Below, one piece after another: positions 21,008 to 29,750 of a stretch of DNA of 64,000 nucleotides. Every line of letters starts with the position of its first letter. Position 1 is the stretch's first letter. The translations under genes and the position numbers were made by a program. This stretch comes from Paracoccaceae bacterium (GTDB lineage: Bacteria; Pseudomonadota; Alphaproteobacteria; Rhodobacterales; Rhodobacteraceae). The stretch covers positions 410,351 to 474,350 of the forward strand of contig CAXXUY010000011.1 of assembly GCA_963664715.2 (NCBI GenBank). The letters are read 5' to 3'. The notes beneath the pieces were generated by a model. The model saw only the letters and a program-made list of their open reading frames with translations. It did not search any database and had not been told where the DNA came from.

Positions 21008-23353
21008 TCAGACTTCGCCGGGTCTCGGCATGCGGTAGCCGACGCCGCGCTGGTTGAAGATCCAGGTCGGATGCTCCGCACTGTCGCCGAGCTTGCTGCG
21101 AAGGGTCCGCACGAAGATGCGGACCAGGTTCGCGTCGGCGTTGTCCCGCCCCTCCCAGATCCGGCGCAGGAGCGTGTCGAAGTGTACAACCTTTCCGGCG
21201 TTGACCGACAGCAGGCGCAGCAGCTCGTACTCCGTGGCGGTGAGCTCCACCTCAGTCCCGCATACCGTAACCCGGCGGGGTTCATACTCGATCAAAAGTT
21301 CACCCAACACGAAGTTCTCGGGCTCTCGGTGCCGACGCAGCGCCGCCCGGATGCGCGCTACCAGCTCGGTCGGCGAGAACGGCTTGACGATGTAGTCATC
21401 GGCACCCAGCTCGAACGCCCGCGCCACAGTCTCGTCGCGACCGTAGCCGGAGATGAAGATCACCGGAAGGTCGGAGAGTTCCGGAACCTCCTGCAGCAGC
21501 TCGATCCCGTCCCGCCCGGGCAGCAGCAAGTCAAGCAGCACGAGCTCCGGCTGCTCGGCGCGGATGAGGCCTGCAAGATCGTCCGGCGCGCCGGTTACGA
21601 GTGGCGCGTAGCCCGCTTTCGTCAGAGTGTCGCGAACGAAGCGCAGCGTGGCAGGATCGTCGTCGACCACCAGGACGCGGGACCGCTCCCCTTCCTCAAC
21701 GGCCGGCAGCTGGCCGGCACGGGCGTCATCCGCACCGCGCGCCGCCGTCGAGACCGGGATCGTGAAGGTGATCCGCGTCCCCTGTCCCGGGCCGTCGCTC
21801 TCAGCCCTTATGCGCCCTCCATGTGCCTCGACGAGTCCCTTGCAGATCGCCAGTCCCAGGCCGTGGCTTGCTCTGCCGCCGGCGTCCCCGACATGCTTGC
21901 GGAACAGGTGCGGCAACAGCTCGGGCGCAACGCCCTCTCCATCATCCGTGACCGAAAACGCGACATGCCCGCCCTCGAGCAGGGCCGCCACGCGGATAGC
22001 GGACGAGGCCGGTGCATGCCGGGCAGCATTTGCGAGCAGGTTGTTCAGCACCTGCACGATGCGGCGCCGGTCCGCCATGACGGGTGGAAGGTCAACGCCG
22101 AGGTCGACGACGATGCCTGGACGGCTGTCGCCGGTCAGGTAGGCGCTTCTGGCACCTTCCACCAGATCCGCCACCGCCGACGGCTCCGGCGAGACCGAGA
22201 GGGTGCCCGAGTCGATTCGCCCGGTGTCGAGGAGGTCTGCTATGAGATTGCGCATCTGGTCCGCCTGCTCGACAATGATGCGGAAGAACTCGCGCATCTC
22301 GGCCGGGTCGAGCCCTCCCGCCGCCTCCAGCAGCGTGACAGCCGATCCCTTGATCGCCGTGAGTGGTGTGCGCAGTTCGTGGCTCACCAGCCCCAGGAAC
22401 TCCGTGCGCATCCGTTCGACCTCGTCGAGCGGCGCGAGATCCTGCATGGTGACCACCACCGATTCCGGCACGGACCCCACGGCCTCGATCGGCGTGACGT
22501 TGATCAGCATCCTGACGCTGCGCCCGTCGGGAACCGACAGCACGACCTCTTCGGCGCGCACGGTCTCGGCGCTCGCGAATTGTTGCTCCAGCGGGAACTC
22601 CGCCAGCGACACCTCCCGCCCGTCGCCGCGGCGGCAGAGGATGATCCCGAGCAGTTCCTCCAGAGGACGCCCCGGCAGGCGCAGGCACTCGACAATCCGC
22701 CGCGCCTCGCGGTTGTACGACACCATCCGTCCGTTGGCACCGTCAAAAACAACAACACCGACCGGCGAGGTCTCGATCAGGGCCTCGAGGTTCCGCCGCG
22801 CACGCTGTTCGCGGCGGTGGGCCCGCGCATTCGCGATCGCAGCCGCGGCCTGCGATGCAAACAGCACTAACACCTCCTCGTCCGCGTCGGTGAATTCCTT
22901 GCCGCCCGCCTTCTCGCCGAGAAAGAAATAACCGACGTTTTCACCCCGGTGGCGCATAGGAGTGCCCTGAAACGCCCCGGGAAAGCTCGGCAGCGGCGTC
23001 AGGCCAAGCGATCGGGCGTAATCCGCGAAATCCCCCTGACGCAACGGTCCGGTCAGCTCGCGGAAATGTTCGAACAGTTGGAGGCCGTACTTCCAGGCAA
23101 GGAGGTCGCGCTGCTGCTCGGGTGAAAACCCCGAGAAGAAGTACTCCCCGGGTGCCCCCGAACCGTCAATGGTGACAATGATGCCGAGGCGTGCTCCTGT
23201 CAGGCTGGAGGCCTCTTCCACGACCCTGCGTACTACCGTGTCCAGATCAAGGCTCGCGCTGATGCCGAGAATCGCCTCGGCCAGCCTGGACGCCCGGTCG
23301 CGCCGACGCTCGTCCTCCGGCCTCTGCCGCATGTCGGTATCGCTTTGAGTCAT
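21008..23353 (-). CDS. fused sensor histidine kinase / OmpR-type response regulator (GAF-PAS-HisKA-HATPase_c-REC-wHTH)
   Basis: The domains, in order: GAF-like region (LDTVVRRVVEEASSLTGARLGIIV...GENVGYFFLGEK), PAS-like region (LIETSPVGVVVFDGANGRMVSYNREARRI), H-box FLGLVSHELRTPLTAIKG, N/G boxes (VLNNLLANAARHA; TDDGEGV; GLGLAICKGLVEAHGG), REC (RVLVVDDD...LVLLDLLLPGRDG...DDYIVKPF) and a winged helix (LTATEYELLRLL...RIFVRTLRSKLGD...RGVGYRM). The preferred start is MTQSDTD at 23353; the track start is 23428. No TM segment is present. Confidence 0.9.
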   Translation of the reverse strand: MTQSDTDMRQRPEDERRRDRASRLAEAILGISASLDLDTVVRRVVEEASSLTGARLGIIVTIDGSGAPGEYFFSGFSPEQQRDLLAWKYGLQLFEHFRELTGPLRQGDFADYARSLGLTPLPSFPGAFQGTPMRHRGENVGYFFLGEKAGGKEFTDADEEVLVLFASQAAAAIANARAHRREQRARRNLEALIETSPVGVVVFDGANGRMVSYNREARRIVECLRLPGRPLEELLGIILCRRGDGREVSLAEFPLEQQFASAETVRAEEVVLSVPDGRSVRMLINVTPIEAVGSVPESVVVTMQDLAPLDEVERMRTEFLGLVSHELRTPLTAIKGSAVTLLEAAGGLDPAEMREFFRIIVEQADQMRNLIADLLDTGRIDSGTLSVSPEPSAVADLVEGARSAYLTGDSRPGIVVDLGVDLPPVMADRRRIVQVLNNLLANAARHAPASSAIRVAALLEGGHVAFSVTDDGEGVAPELLPHLFRKHVGDAGGRASHGLGLAICKGLVEAHGGRIRAESDGPGQGTRITFTIPVSTAARGADDARAGQLPAVEEGERSRVLVVDDDPATLRFVRDTLTKAGYAPLVTGAPDDLAGLIRAEQPELVLLDLLLPGRDGIELLQEVPELSDLPVIFISGYGRDETVARAFELGADDYIVKPFSPTELVARIRAALRRHREPENFVLGELLIEYEPRRVTVCGTEVELTATEYELLRLLSVNAGKVVHFDTLLRRIWEGRDNADANLVRIFVRTLRSKLGDSAEHPTWIFNQRGVGYRMPRPGEV

Positions 23354-23548
23354 GGCTCGCTGCCTCCATTCGGGCTCCGGCGGCCCCGGCCCGCAGAACT
23401 GATCACCAGCCCGGGCGCCGTCTTCCATTCTAATTGCACAAGTCCGGCATGTCTGTACATGATCTGTTCAGAAATTGGCATCGTATCCGCTGCTTGGAAC
23501 AGGAACCCGGCGGTGCCGGAGCTTCTGCCCGGGACACCCCGGAGAACA

Positions 23549-25397
23549 GCGATGCACTGGAAGCAACGCCTCGCCGGTTGCCGGCGATTATCCGCAAAGC
23601 TCCCGGAGACGCAGCTTGCAGACCGGTTGTCCCAATCCGGAACCGGGCCGAAGAACCGTTTCACCCGAAACGTGCTGTGGACGCTGGGTCAGTTCAGATA
23701 ATGAAACCGACTGGTCGCAGGTCTGGCAGCCTTGCTGCAGCAGTAGAACGGACTCTGGACGATCCGGGTCAGATCAACGCCCCTGAATATCCGATGACCA
23801 ATCGATTGCCGGAGAGGATGGGAGCGTGCCTGTCCAATTTGCAGGCTCTTTCAGTTCTCGGCAACCGGCAAAGGAGTGCCGTTTTTCACGGCGCGCAAGA
23901 TCTTACGAATGTAGCCGCCCAATTTCACTCAAAGTTGCTGGGTCCCGTCCCCCGGAACGTCGCACCTCAGGATGTGGGATCAGGGTCACGAGGCCGGCAC
24001 GGGCTGGCCAACCGAACCGGATAAGAGTTGAGCACGCCGTTGAGCGTGTTGCTGAACCGACGTTTCCCCCGGACCATCTCCGCTGTTCCTGGCTGCCGCT
24101 GGAAGAGCGGCCTGGAAAGAAAGCTGCCTGTCCAACGGCAGACGTCGCAAGGCAGAGTTCCCAGGCCGAGGGTGGTCAAGAAAGTTAAGATTCACCAACC
24201 GCTCCACAGGATAGGGAGATGCGAAGTGCCTCAGGAATCGTGGGGTTCATAAATCGGGCATGAAGGAAGGGCTCATAAGAGAGGCAGCCCTCGAGGTGAC
24301 TGTCTTTGTTTCGATACAGAGTGCCGGTCTGCTTCCCGGATTTTCGCGATCAATCCGGGGAGTCTGGAATGGGACGCAGCATGCTTGCGACGAGGAAAGT
24401 GAAGAAGACACCTGCATTTCATTTTGACGTGGGCCGCAGCGTTAGTGCGATTGCGACCCATTGCGGCATTGCACGTTGCTCTGTCATGCAGACCCTGGAG
24501 CGTTTTGCCGCTTCGGGTTAGCGTTTGCCGGAAGCGGCTAGCATGGACGATGCGTCGCTAGAGGCGGCGCTTGCGGTTTTGCCGGCTTTCTCCCGCCTCC
24601 CGTCCGCCCGGCGCCGGCCAGCGGTCGCGCCTAGAACCGCGTGCTCAGGGTGAGGGCGCCGCTGTGGTTCCGGTTGCCGGTGCCGAGGCCGCCGGCCGAG
24701 AGCGTTGCGGCAAGGCTGAGTTCGCCGTGCTCGTAGACCGCGCCGAGGCCGAACAGCGTCCGGGTCAAGCCGGCGGCCGACCGGAGTCGCTCGCCCGATA
24801 CGTCGACCGCAGTTTCCGCGTCGCCGAGGGTCCGAACGAAGTCGAGCGACGCGTGCAGGGAAAGCGCGCCGCCTTGCCAGGCGTGCCGGTCTTCGGCCAG
24901 CACGCCGATGCTGGCGTCCACCCGGTTGGCGCTGGCGAGCGACACCCGCGCGCCCGTCCGGTCGGCGAAGCCGTCGAGCGACAGCCCGGCGTAGCCGAGG
25001 CGCGTCCGCGGCGTCAGGGCGGGGCCTTCTTCGAGCACGAATTTCCGGCCCGCCTCGACCGCCAGACCGTGGCCGAGCGCCTCGACTCCGGAGGCGAGTG
25101 CGCCCCGGCTGTCGGATGACAGATCGAGATCGTAGCGGGTGAGCGTCGCCCGGCCCGCCGCATACCAGGCGCCGGCCTGCCACGAGGCGGCGAACGCGGC
25201 CCCCAGCCCGGTCGCCTCGACCTCGCCGCCGCGGGTCGGTGACACCACGTCCGCCGAGCCCTTGAGCGCGCGCAGAGCGAATGAGCCGGTTAGCGCCCCG
25301 CCCAATGCCTCGCCGAGCGTAAAGTCTAGGCCGGCCTCGATGTCGCGGCTTCTGAAATCGTAGGCCGCGCCGACGCTTGCCCGCCGGGGATCGTAGC
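23549..25397. repeat. segmental duplication, copy 1 (IS66/IS21 debris plus 3' end of the autotransporter gene)
   Basis: Collinear with 29270-30846 at a constant offset of 5721 bp from 23549 to about 24883. It is near identical at the left and more diverged around 24100-24520. It contains an IS66-like fragment in shifting frames (LEATPRRLPAIIRKAPGDAACR...). Confidence 0.85.
24369..24600 (+). mobile_element. IS21-family istA 5' fragment (HTH region only, with in-frame stops)
   Basis: MGRSMLATRKVKKTPAFHFDVGRSVSAIATHCGIARCSVMQTLERFAASG*RLPEAASMDDASLEAAL resembles the IstA N-terminus (MRKVKEILRLHFDEGLS.R.IA...GVSRSTV..YL.RA.AAGLSWPLPE.LDDAALE). It is truncated where the autotransporter stop codon (24631) begins. 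Confidence 0.5.
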
Positions 25398-28300
25398 TGC
25401 CGCCGCCGAATTGCCCTAACCAGACCGGCGTACCGTGGGCAGCGAAGCGCGGGCTGCCGCCGGCCCCGTCCAGACGCAGCAGGAAACCCGGCAGCGCCTC
25501 GTAGACCGCGGCACGCGGCGCATAGCTCTGGGCGAAATTCTCCAGCGCGAAACCCGGCGCTGCATCGGCGAGCTGGCGGATGTCCCACGCCCCGTTCGGG
25601 ATCGGGACCCCGGCGGCGGCGGGATCCGTCACATCGACGCCGTTGAGCAAAACGGTGAGGCCGCCCGCGTCGTTGCGGACTTCGCCCCCGATGACCTTTT
25701 CGATCCGCCGGCCGTCGAGATCGAGATCGACCAGAAGCCCGTTGCCGGAGTCGGCGCCGATGCTGCCCTGTGGGCCGACGACCACCCGGCCGCCGCCAGC
25801 CAGCCAGACGCCCGCCGCATCGCCCTGGCCGCCCCAGACCCGGCCGTTCACACGCACCGTCTGTTCGCGCACGCCATCGCCGTCCACGTCCAGGGCCGCG
25901 CGCTCCACCGCACCGGTGCCCGCGTTCAGCCGGCCGACCTGAATCCCGTTCGCGTCCTCGCCGGCGGCGCGGACCGACCCGCCGGCGATGAGAATGTCGA
26001 TGCGCCCCCCTGACGTGCTGGCGGCGAAGACGCCGTCGGCGGATGCGCCCATCGTCGCGATGGAGCCGCCCCTCATGCCGATGTGGATGTCGCCGTCGTC
26101 GTAGTTCTGACCGTAGACGCCGTAGGCGGTTCGGCCGGCCGTTTCGATGCGCCCGCCCGTCACACCGATGACGACGTCGCCGTCGCTGTTGTCGGTGCTG
26201 TTGTGCCAGCCGTAGACGCCGTAGGCGGTGGAGCCCGACGTTTCGATCGCGGCGTCCCGGAGGCCGATGCGGATATCGCCGGCGCCCTGGTGAAGGCCAT
26301 AGACGCCGCGGGCGCTGGAGCCCGATGTTTCGATGCTACCGCCCGTCACACCGATGGCGAGGTCGCCAACGCCGGAATGCCGGCCGTAGACGCCGCGGCC
26401 GGATGTGCCAGTCGTTTTGATGCGCGCGCCCGTCACACCGATGGCGAGGTCGCCGTCGCCGGAATGCCGGCCGTAGACGCCGTGGGACTGGACGCCCGCC
26501 GTTTCGACGCGCCCGCCCGTCACGTCGATGGCGACGTCGCCGGTAGAGCTGTGCCAGCCGTAGACGCCGTAGGCGGTTCGGCCGGCCGTTTCGATGCGCC
26601 CGCCCGTCACACCGATGGCGAGGTCGCCGACGCCGGTGCTGGTGTGCCAGCCGAAGACGCCGTAGGCGCTGGTGCCCGACGTTTTGATCGCGGCGTCCCG
26701 GAGGCCGATGCGGATATCGCCGGCGCCCTCGTGAAGGCCATAGACGCCGTAGGCGGTTCGGCCGGCCGTTTCGATGCGCCCGCCCGTCACACCGATGGCG
26801 AGGTCGCCGACGCCGGTGCTGGTGTGCCGGCCGAAGACGCCGCGGCCGGATGTGCCAGTCGTTTTGATGCGCGCGCCCGTCACACCGATGACGACGTCGC
26901 CGGTGGCGCTGTGCCAGCTATTGACGCCGTGGGACTGGACGCCCGCCGTTTCGATGCGCCCGCCCGTCACACCGATGACGACGTTCCCGTCGCCGGAGTG
27001 CAGACCCTGGACGCCGTGGGACTGGACGCCCGCCGTTTCAATGCGCCCGCCCGTCACGCCGATATCGACGTTCCCGTCGCCGGTGGCGCTGTGCCAGCTA
27101 TTGACGCCGTGGGACTGGACGCCCGCCGTTTCGATGCGCCCGCCCGTCACACCGATGACGACGTTCCCGTCGCCGGAGTGCAGACCCTGGACGCCGTGGG
27201 ACTGGACGCCCGCCGTTTCAATGCGCCCGCCCGTCACGCCGATATCGACGTTCCCGTCGCCGGAGTGCCAGCCGTAGACGCCGTGGGCGACGGTTTCGTC
27301 GTCGTTGTTGACCTCCGTGCTCTCCGTCGTTACGGCGACGTCCCGGACGGCGATGCTGAGATCGCCGGTGCCCTGATGAAGGCCGAAAACGCCGATGGCG
27401 TCCAGGCCCCCGGTTGTGACGGAGCCGCCCGCCACTTCGATGTCGACGTCGCCGGTGGCGCTGTGCCAGCTATAGACGCCGTGGGACCGGACGCCCGCCG
27501 TTTCGATGCGCCCGCCCGTGACGCCGATATCGACGTTCCCGTCGCCGGAATGCCGGCCGTAGACGCCGTGGGCGACGGTTTCGTCGTCGTTGTTGACCTC
27601 CGTGCTCTCCGTCGTTACGGCGGCGTCCCGGACGCCGATGCTGAGATCGCCGGCGCCATGATGAATGCCAAAAACGCCGGTGGCGTCCAGGCCCCGGGTT
27701 GTGATGGAGCCGCCCGTCACACCGATGGCGAGGTCGCCCACGGCCACGACGGGATTTTCATCGGCGTCCAGGACGGGCACGTCCTCGCCATTATCTACGG
27801 TGGTGGGGTTGGTGGTGGGGTTCGCAAACTCGCCAAGGACGCCGTGGGACCGTTCCCCCCCGGTCGTGAAGGTGACGCTCCTGACGTCGATGTCGACATT
27901 GCCGGAGCCGGTATGGCGGCCCCAGATGCCTAAAGCCCAGTCGCCCGTCGTCGTGATGGAGCCGCCCGTCACACCGATGGCGAGGTCGCCCACGGCCACG
28001 ACGGGATTTTCATCGGCGTCCAGGACGGGCACGTCCTCGCCATTATCTGCGGTGGTGGGGTTCGCAAACTCGCCACGGACGCCGTGGGACAGGTACCCCC
28101 CGGTCGTGAAGGTGACGCTCCTGAGGTCGATGTCGACATTGCCGGAGCCGGTATGGCGGCCCCAGACGCCTAAAGCTATGTCGCCCGCCGTCGTGACGGA
28201 GCCGCCCGCCACGCCGATGTCGACGTCGCCCTCGCCAGCGTGGCTGGCTTCGACGCCATGGGCATCCTGGGCCGTCGTCGCGATGGCGGGTTCGCTCAGT

Positions 28301-28467
28301 TCGATGTCGATGTCGGCGGTGGAGTCCGCAGGATCCTCGCACTCGACCCGCTGTTCGGCAGAGGGGCTGTTGCTGCACACCGGCGTCTGTGCCGGTGCCT
28401 CACCCGCCGCAAGGGCGAACGCCGCCGCAAGGGCGGCCGCCCATACCCCCCGTTCCGTCATCGACAT
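24631..28467 (-). CDS. autotransporter outer-membrane protein with highly repetitive passenger domain
   Basis: The C-terminal beta-barrel ends in ...GALTLSTRF (terminal Phe) and has alternating-residue strands. About 22 passenger units of 29-31 aa look like IGVTGGRIETAGVQSHGV.G.HSGDGNV. A signal-peptide-like MSMTERGVWAAALAAAFALAAGEAPAQ starts at 28467. The ORF remains open a further 80 codons, up to the GTG at 28707 (see findings). Confidence 0.9.
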   Translation of the reverse strand: MSMTERGVWAAALAAAFALAAGEAPAQTPVCSNSPSAEQRVECEDPADSTADIDIELSEPAIATTAQDAHGVEASHAGEGDVDIGVAGGSVTTAGDIALGVWGRHTGSGNVDIDLRSVTFTTGGYLSHGVRGEFANPTTADNGEDVPVLDADENPVVAVGDLAIGVTGGSITTTGDWALGIWGRHTGSGNVDIDVRSVTFTTGGERSHGVLGEFANPTTNPTTVDNGEDVPVLDADENPVVAVGDLAIGVTGGSITTRGLDATGVFGIHHGAGDLSIGVRDAAVTTESTEVNNDDETVAHGVYGRHSGDGNVDIGVTGGRIETAGVRSHGVYSWHSATGDVDIEVAGGSVTTGGLDAIGVFGLHQGTGDLSIAVRDVAVTTESTEVNNDDETVAHGVYGWHSGDGNVDIGVTGGRIETAGVQSHGVQGLHSGDGNVVIGVTGGRIETAGVQSHGVNSWHSATGDGNVDIGVTGGRIETAGVQSHGVQGLHSGDGNVVIGVTGGRIETAGVQSHGVNSWHSATGDVVIGVTGARIKTTGTSGRGVFGRHTSTGVGDLAIGVTGGRIETAGRTAYGVYGLHEGAGDIRIGLRDAAIKTSGTSAYGVFGWHTSTGVGDLAIGVTGGRIETAGRTAYGVYGWHSSTGDVAIDVTGGRVETAGVQSHGVYGRHSGDGDLAIGVTGARIKTTGTSGRGVYGRHSGVGDLAIGVTGGSIETSGSSARGVYGLHQGAGDIRIGLRDAAIETSGSTAYGVYGWHNSTDNSDGDVVIGVTGGRIETAGRTAYGVYGQNYDDGDIHIGMRGGSIATMGASADGVFAASTSGGRIDILIAGGSVRAAGEDANGIQVGRLNAGTGAVERAALDVDGDGVREQTVRVNGRVWGGQGDAAGVWLAGGGRVVVGPQGSIGADSGNGLLVDLDLDGRRIEKVIGGEVRNDAGGLTVLLNGVDVTDPAAAGVPIPNGAWDIRQLADAAPGFALENFAQSYAPRAAVYEALPGFLLRLDGAGGSPRFAAHGTPVWLGQFGGGSYDPRRASVGAAYDFRSRDIEAGLDFTLGEALGGALTGSFALRALKGSADVVSPTRGGEVEATGLGAAFAASWQAGAWYAAGRATLTRYDLDLSSDSRGALASGVEALGHGLAVEAGRKFVLEEGPALTPRTRLGYAGLSLDGFADRTGARVSLASANRVDASIGVLAEDRHAWQGGALSLHASLDFVRTLGDAETAVDVSGERLRSAAGLTRTLFGLGAVYEHGELSLAATLSAGGLGTGNRNHSGALTLSTRF
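26896..27263. repeat. perfect 180-bp tandem duplication inside the passenger domain
   Basis: 26896-27083 is identical base for base to 27076-27263 (period 180 bp = two 29-31 aa units). Confidence 0.95.
27701..28200. repeat. 252/240-bp tandem repeat inside the passenger domain
   Basis: gtgatggagccgcccgtcacaccgatggcgaggtcgcccacggccacgacgggattttcatcggcgtccaggacgggcacgtcctcgccattatct occurs at 27701 and 27953. The copies differ by a 12-bp indel (ggttggtggtgg) and a few substitutions. Confidence 0.9.
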
Positions 28468-28835
28468 GTGGCGCACGTCGTAGCCCGTCACAGTCCCCGA
28501 AGACGCAGACTGGCCCAGGCCCAGCTTCCAATCGCTCGCCGGAACTTTCAGATACGACGGGGTGGCGGGCGGCGTCTCGGGGGCGGTTCGCGATGCCAGG
28601 TTCGCACTGTCGGGCGACAGCCTGTTCAACTCATCAAGCATGGCACATGCCTCACAACAGTCCGGGCACTCGCCGGACCTTCTGCTCTTCCTCTTCGGGT
28701 TCACCAACTGGTACGAATTGTGCCTGAGAGTGTCGCCGGATGATGGACCCTGTTCGTCAGGATCTCATGTGAATAGTGTTTTCGTTCGTATTGTTTGCAT
28801 AAAGTACAGGTGTGCAATGATAAATGATGGGCAAG
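28360..28835 (-). repeat. leader module copy B (5' leader and N-terminus of the autotransporter)
   Basis: Paralog of 20177-20650; see that entry for the shared exact blocks. Confidence 0.6.
28769..28823 (-). promoter_or_regulatory. predicted promoter with two TTTAT boxes (copy B, weak -35)
   Basis: On the minus strand: TATTCA (28774-28769), with only a poor -35 (GCAAAC/CAAACA) 16-17 nt upstream. TTTAT sits at 28823-28819 and 28802-28798, 21 nt apart, in the same positions relative to the -10 as in copy A. Confidence 0.25.
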
Positions 28836-28974
28836 TGGCCAGCTACTTGATGTGGTGCGGTTTTGCAACAGACGGTTGACATCTTGTGTTCTGGCGGATC
28901 TTGGTGGTGTCAATGAAACGGCATAAGCCGCATGCCTTGAGCAGGGTTGATTTGCGGGCGGCCTGTCAGAGAAA

Positions 28975-29750
28975 ATGCAGAGTGCTGCCGCAATGGCGGT
29001 CGAGAACGCCGCGCTGAAAGTGCAGTTCGCTGTGCGTGACAAGGACATCGTCTCGCTCATGGGACGCATCTGCAAACCCGAACGGATGCTCGGAAAAAGC
29101 GGCAGAATCAGTGGCGAGCCACCCTCGAGTGAAGGTCTTTCAAAGCCGAGGGAGCGTGGACAGCGCAGGTGCCAATCCCTCAGACAGGGTGGCCAACCAG
29201 GCCATCGTCGCAACACGCTGAGGCAGTCCGACAATCCCGACCTCGTTGTCAGGCATGCCCAGGAGAATTGCGATGCACTGGAAGCAACGCCTCGCCGGTT
29301 GCCGGCGATTATCCGCAAAGCTCCCGGAGACGCAGCTTGCAGACCGGTTGTCCCAATCCGGAACCGGGCCGAAGAACCGTTTCACCCGAAACGTGCTGTG
29401 GACGCTGGGTCAGTTCAGATAATGAAACCGACTGGTCGCAGGTCTGGCAGCCTTGCTGCAGCAGTAGAACGGACTCTGGACGATCCGGGTCAGATCAACG
29501 CCCCTGAATATCCGATGACCAATCGATTGCCGGAGAGGATGGGAGCGTGCCTGTCCAATTTGCAGGCTCTTTCAGTTCTCGGCAACCGGCAAAGGAGTGC
29601 CGTTTTTCACGGCGCGCAAGATCTTACGAATGTAGCCGCCCAATTTCACTCAAAGTTGCTGGGTCCCGTCCCCCGGAACGTCGCACCACAGGATGTGGGA
29701 TCAGGGTCACGAGGCCGGCACGGGCTGGCCAACCGAACCGGATAAGAGTT
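28975..29750 (+). pseudogene. IS66-family transposase (TnpC-like) remnant
   Basis: AVENAALKVQFAVRDKDIVSLMGRICKPERMLGKSG resembles the IS66 TnpC N-terminal coiled coil plus the RR.FG.SSE block. A Cys-rich block RCQACPGELRCTGSN lies in the adjacent frame. LEATPRRLPAIIRKAPGDAACR and NRLPERMGAC resemble the central conserved blocks. It is much shorter than an intact transposase of about 500 aa and is spread over several frames. Confidence 0.45.

Noticed and set aside
20912-22870. A 652-aa plus-strand ORF covering most of the fused kinase/regulator gene.
   Set aside because: It has no recognisable motifs and a low-complexity, Arg/Ala/Pro/Gly-rich composition. It lies antisense to a gene with a complete set of HK/REC/wHTH motifs. 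This is a typical shadow ORF of very GC-rich DNA.
27845-27851. A C7 homopolymer (G7 on the coding strand) in the passenger, as a slipped-strand phase-variation switch.
   Set aside because: Seven residues is short for contingency loci. The paralogous unit has C6 and remains in frame. Nothing else suggests on/off switching.
26083-27933. A 616-aa plus-strand ORF, with further long ORFs (24518-25588 minus, 26774-27277 plus, 27665-28483 plus) overlapping the autotransporter.
   Set aside because: These are antisense or alternative-frame readings of the periodic GC-rich repeat. Their own periodicity simply mirrors the passenger repeat. Only the minus-strand frame ends in an autotransporter barrel with a terminal Phe.
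25980-28200. Regular repeat periodicity that could suggest a CRISPR array or satellite.
   Set aside because: The units are 87-93 bp, imperfect, contiguous without unique spacers, and stay in one long reading frame encoding the GVTGGRIETAG motif. These are coding tandem repeats, not repeat-spacer architecture.
28645-28668. A CPDCCEAC cluster in the autotransporter leader, as a zinc-finger or anti-sigma (ZAS-like) motif.
   Set aside because: The paralogous copy A reads CSDPCEES, so only two of the four Cys are conserved and there is no upstream His. It is unlikely to be a metal site.
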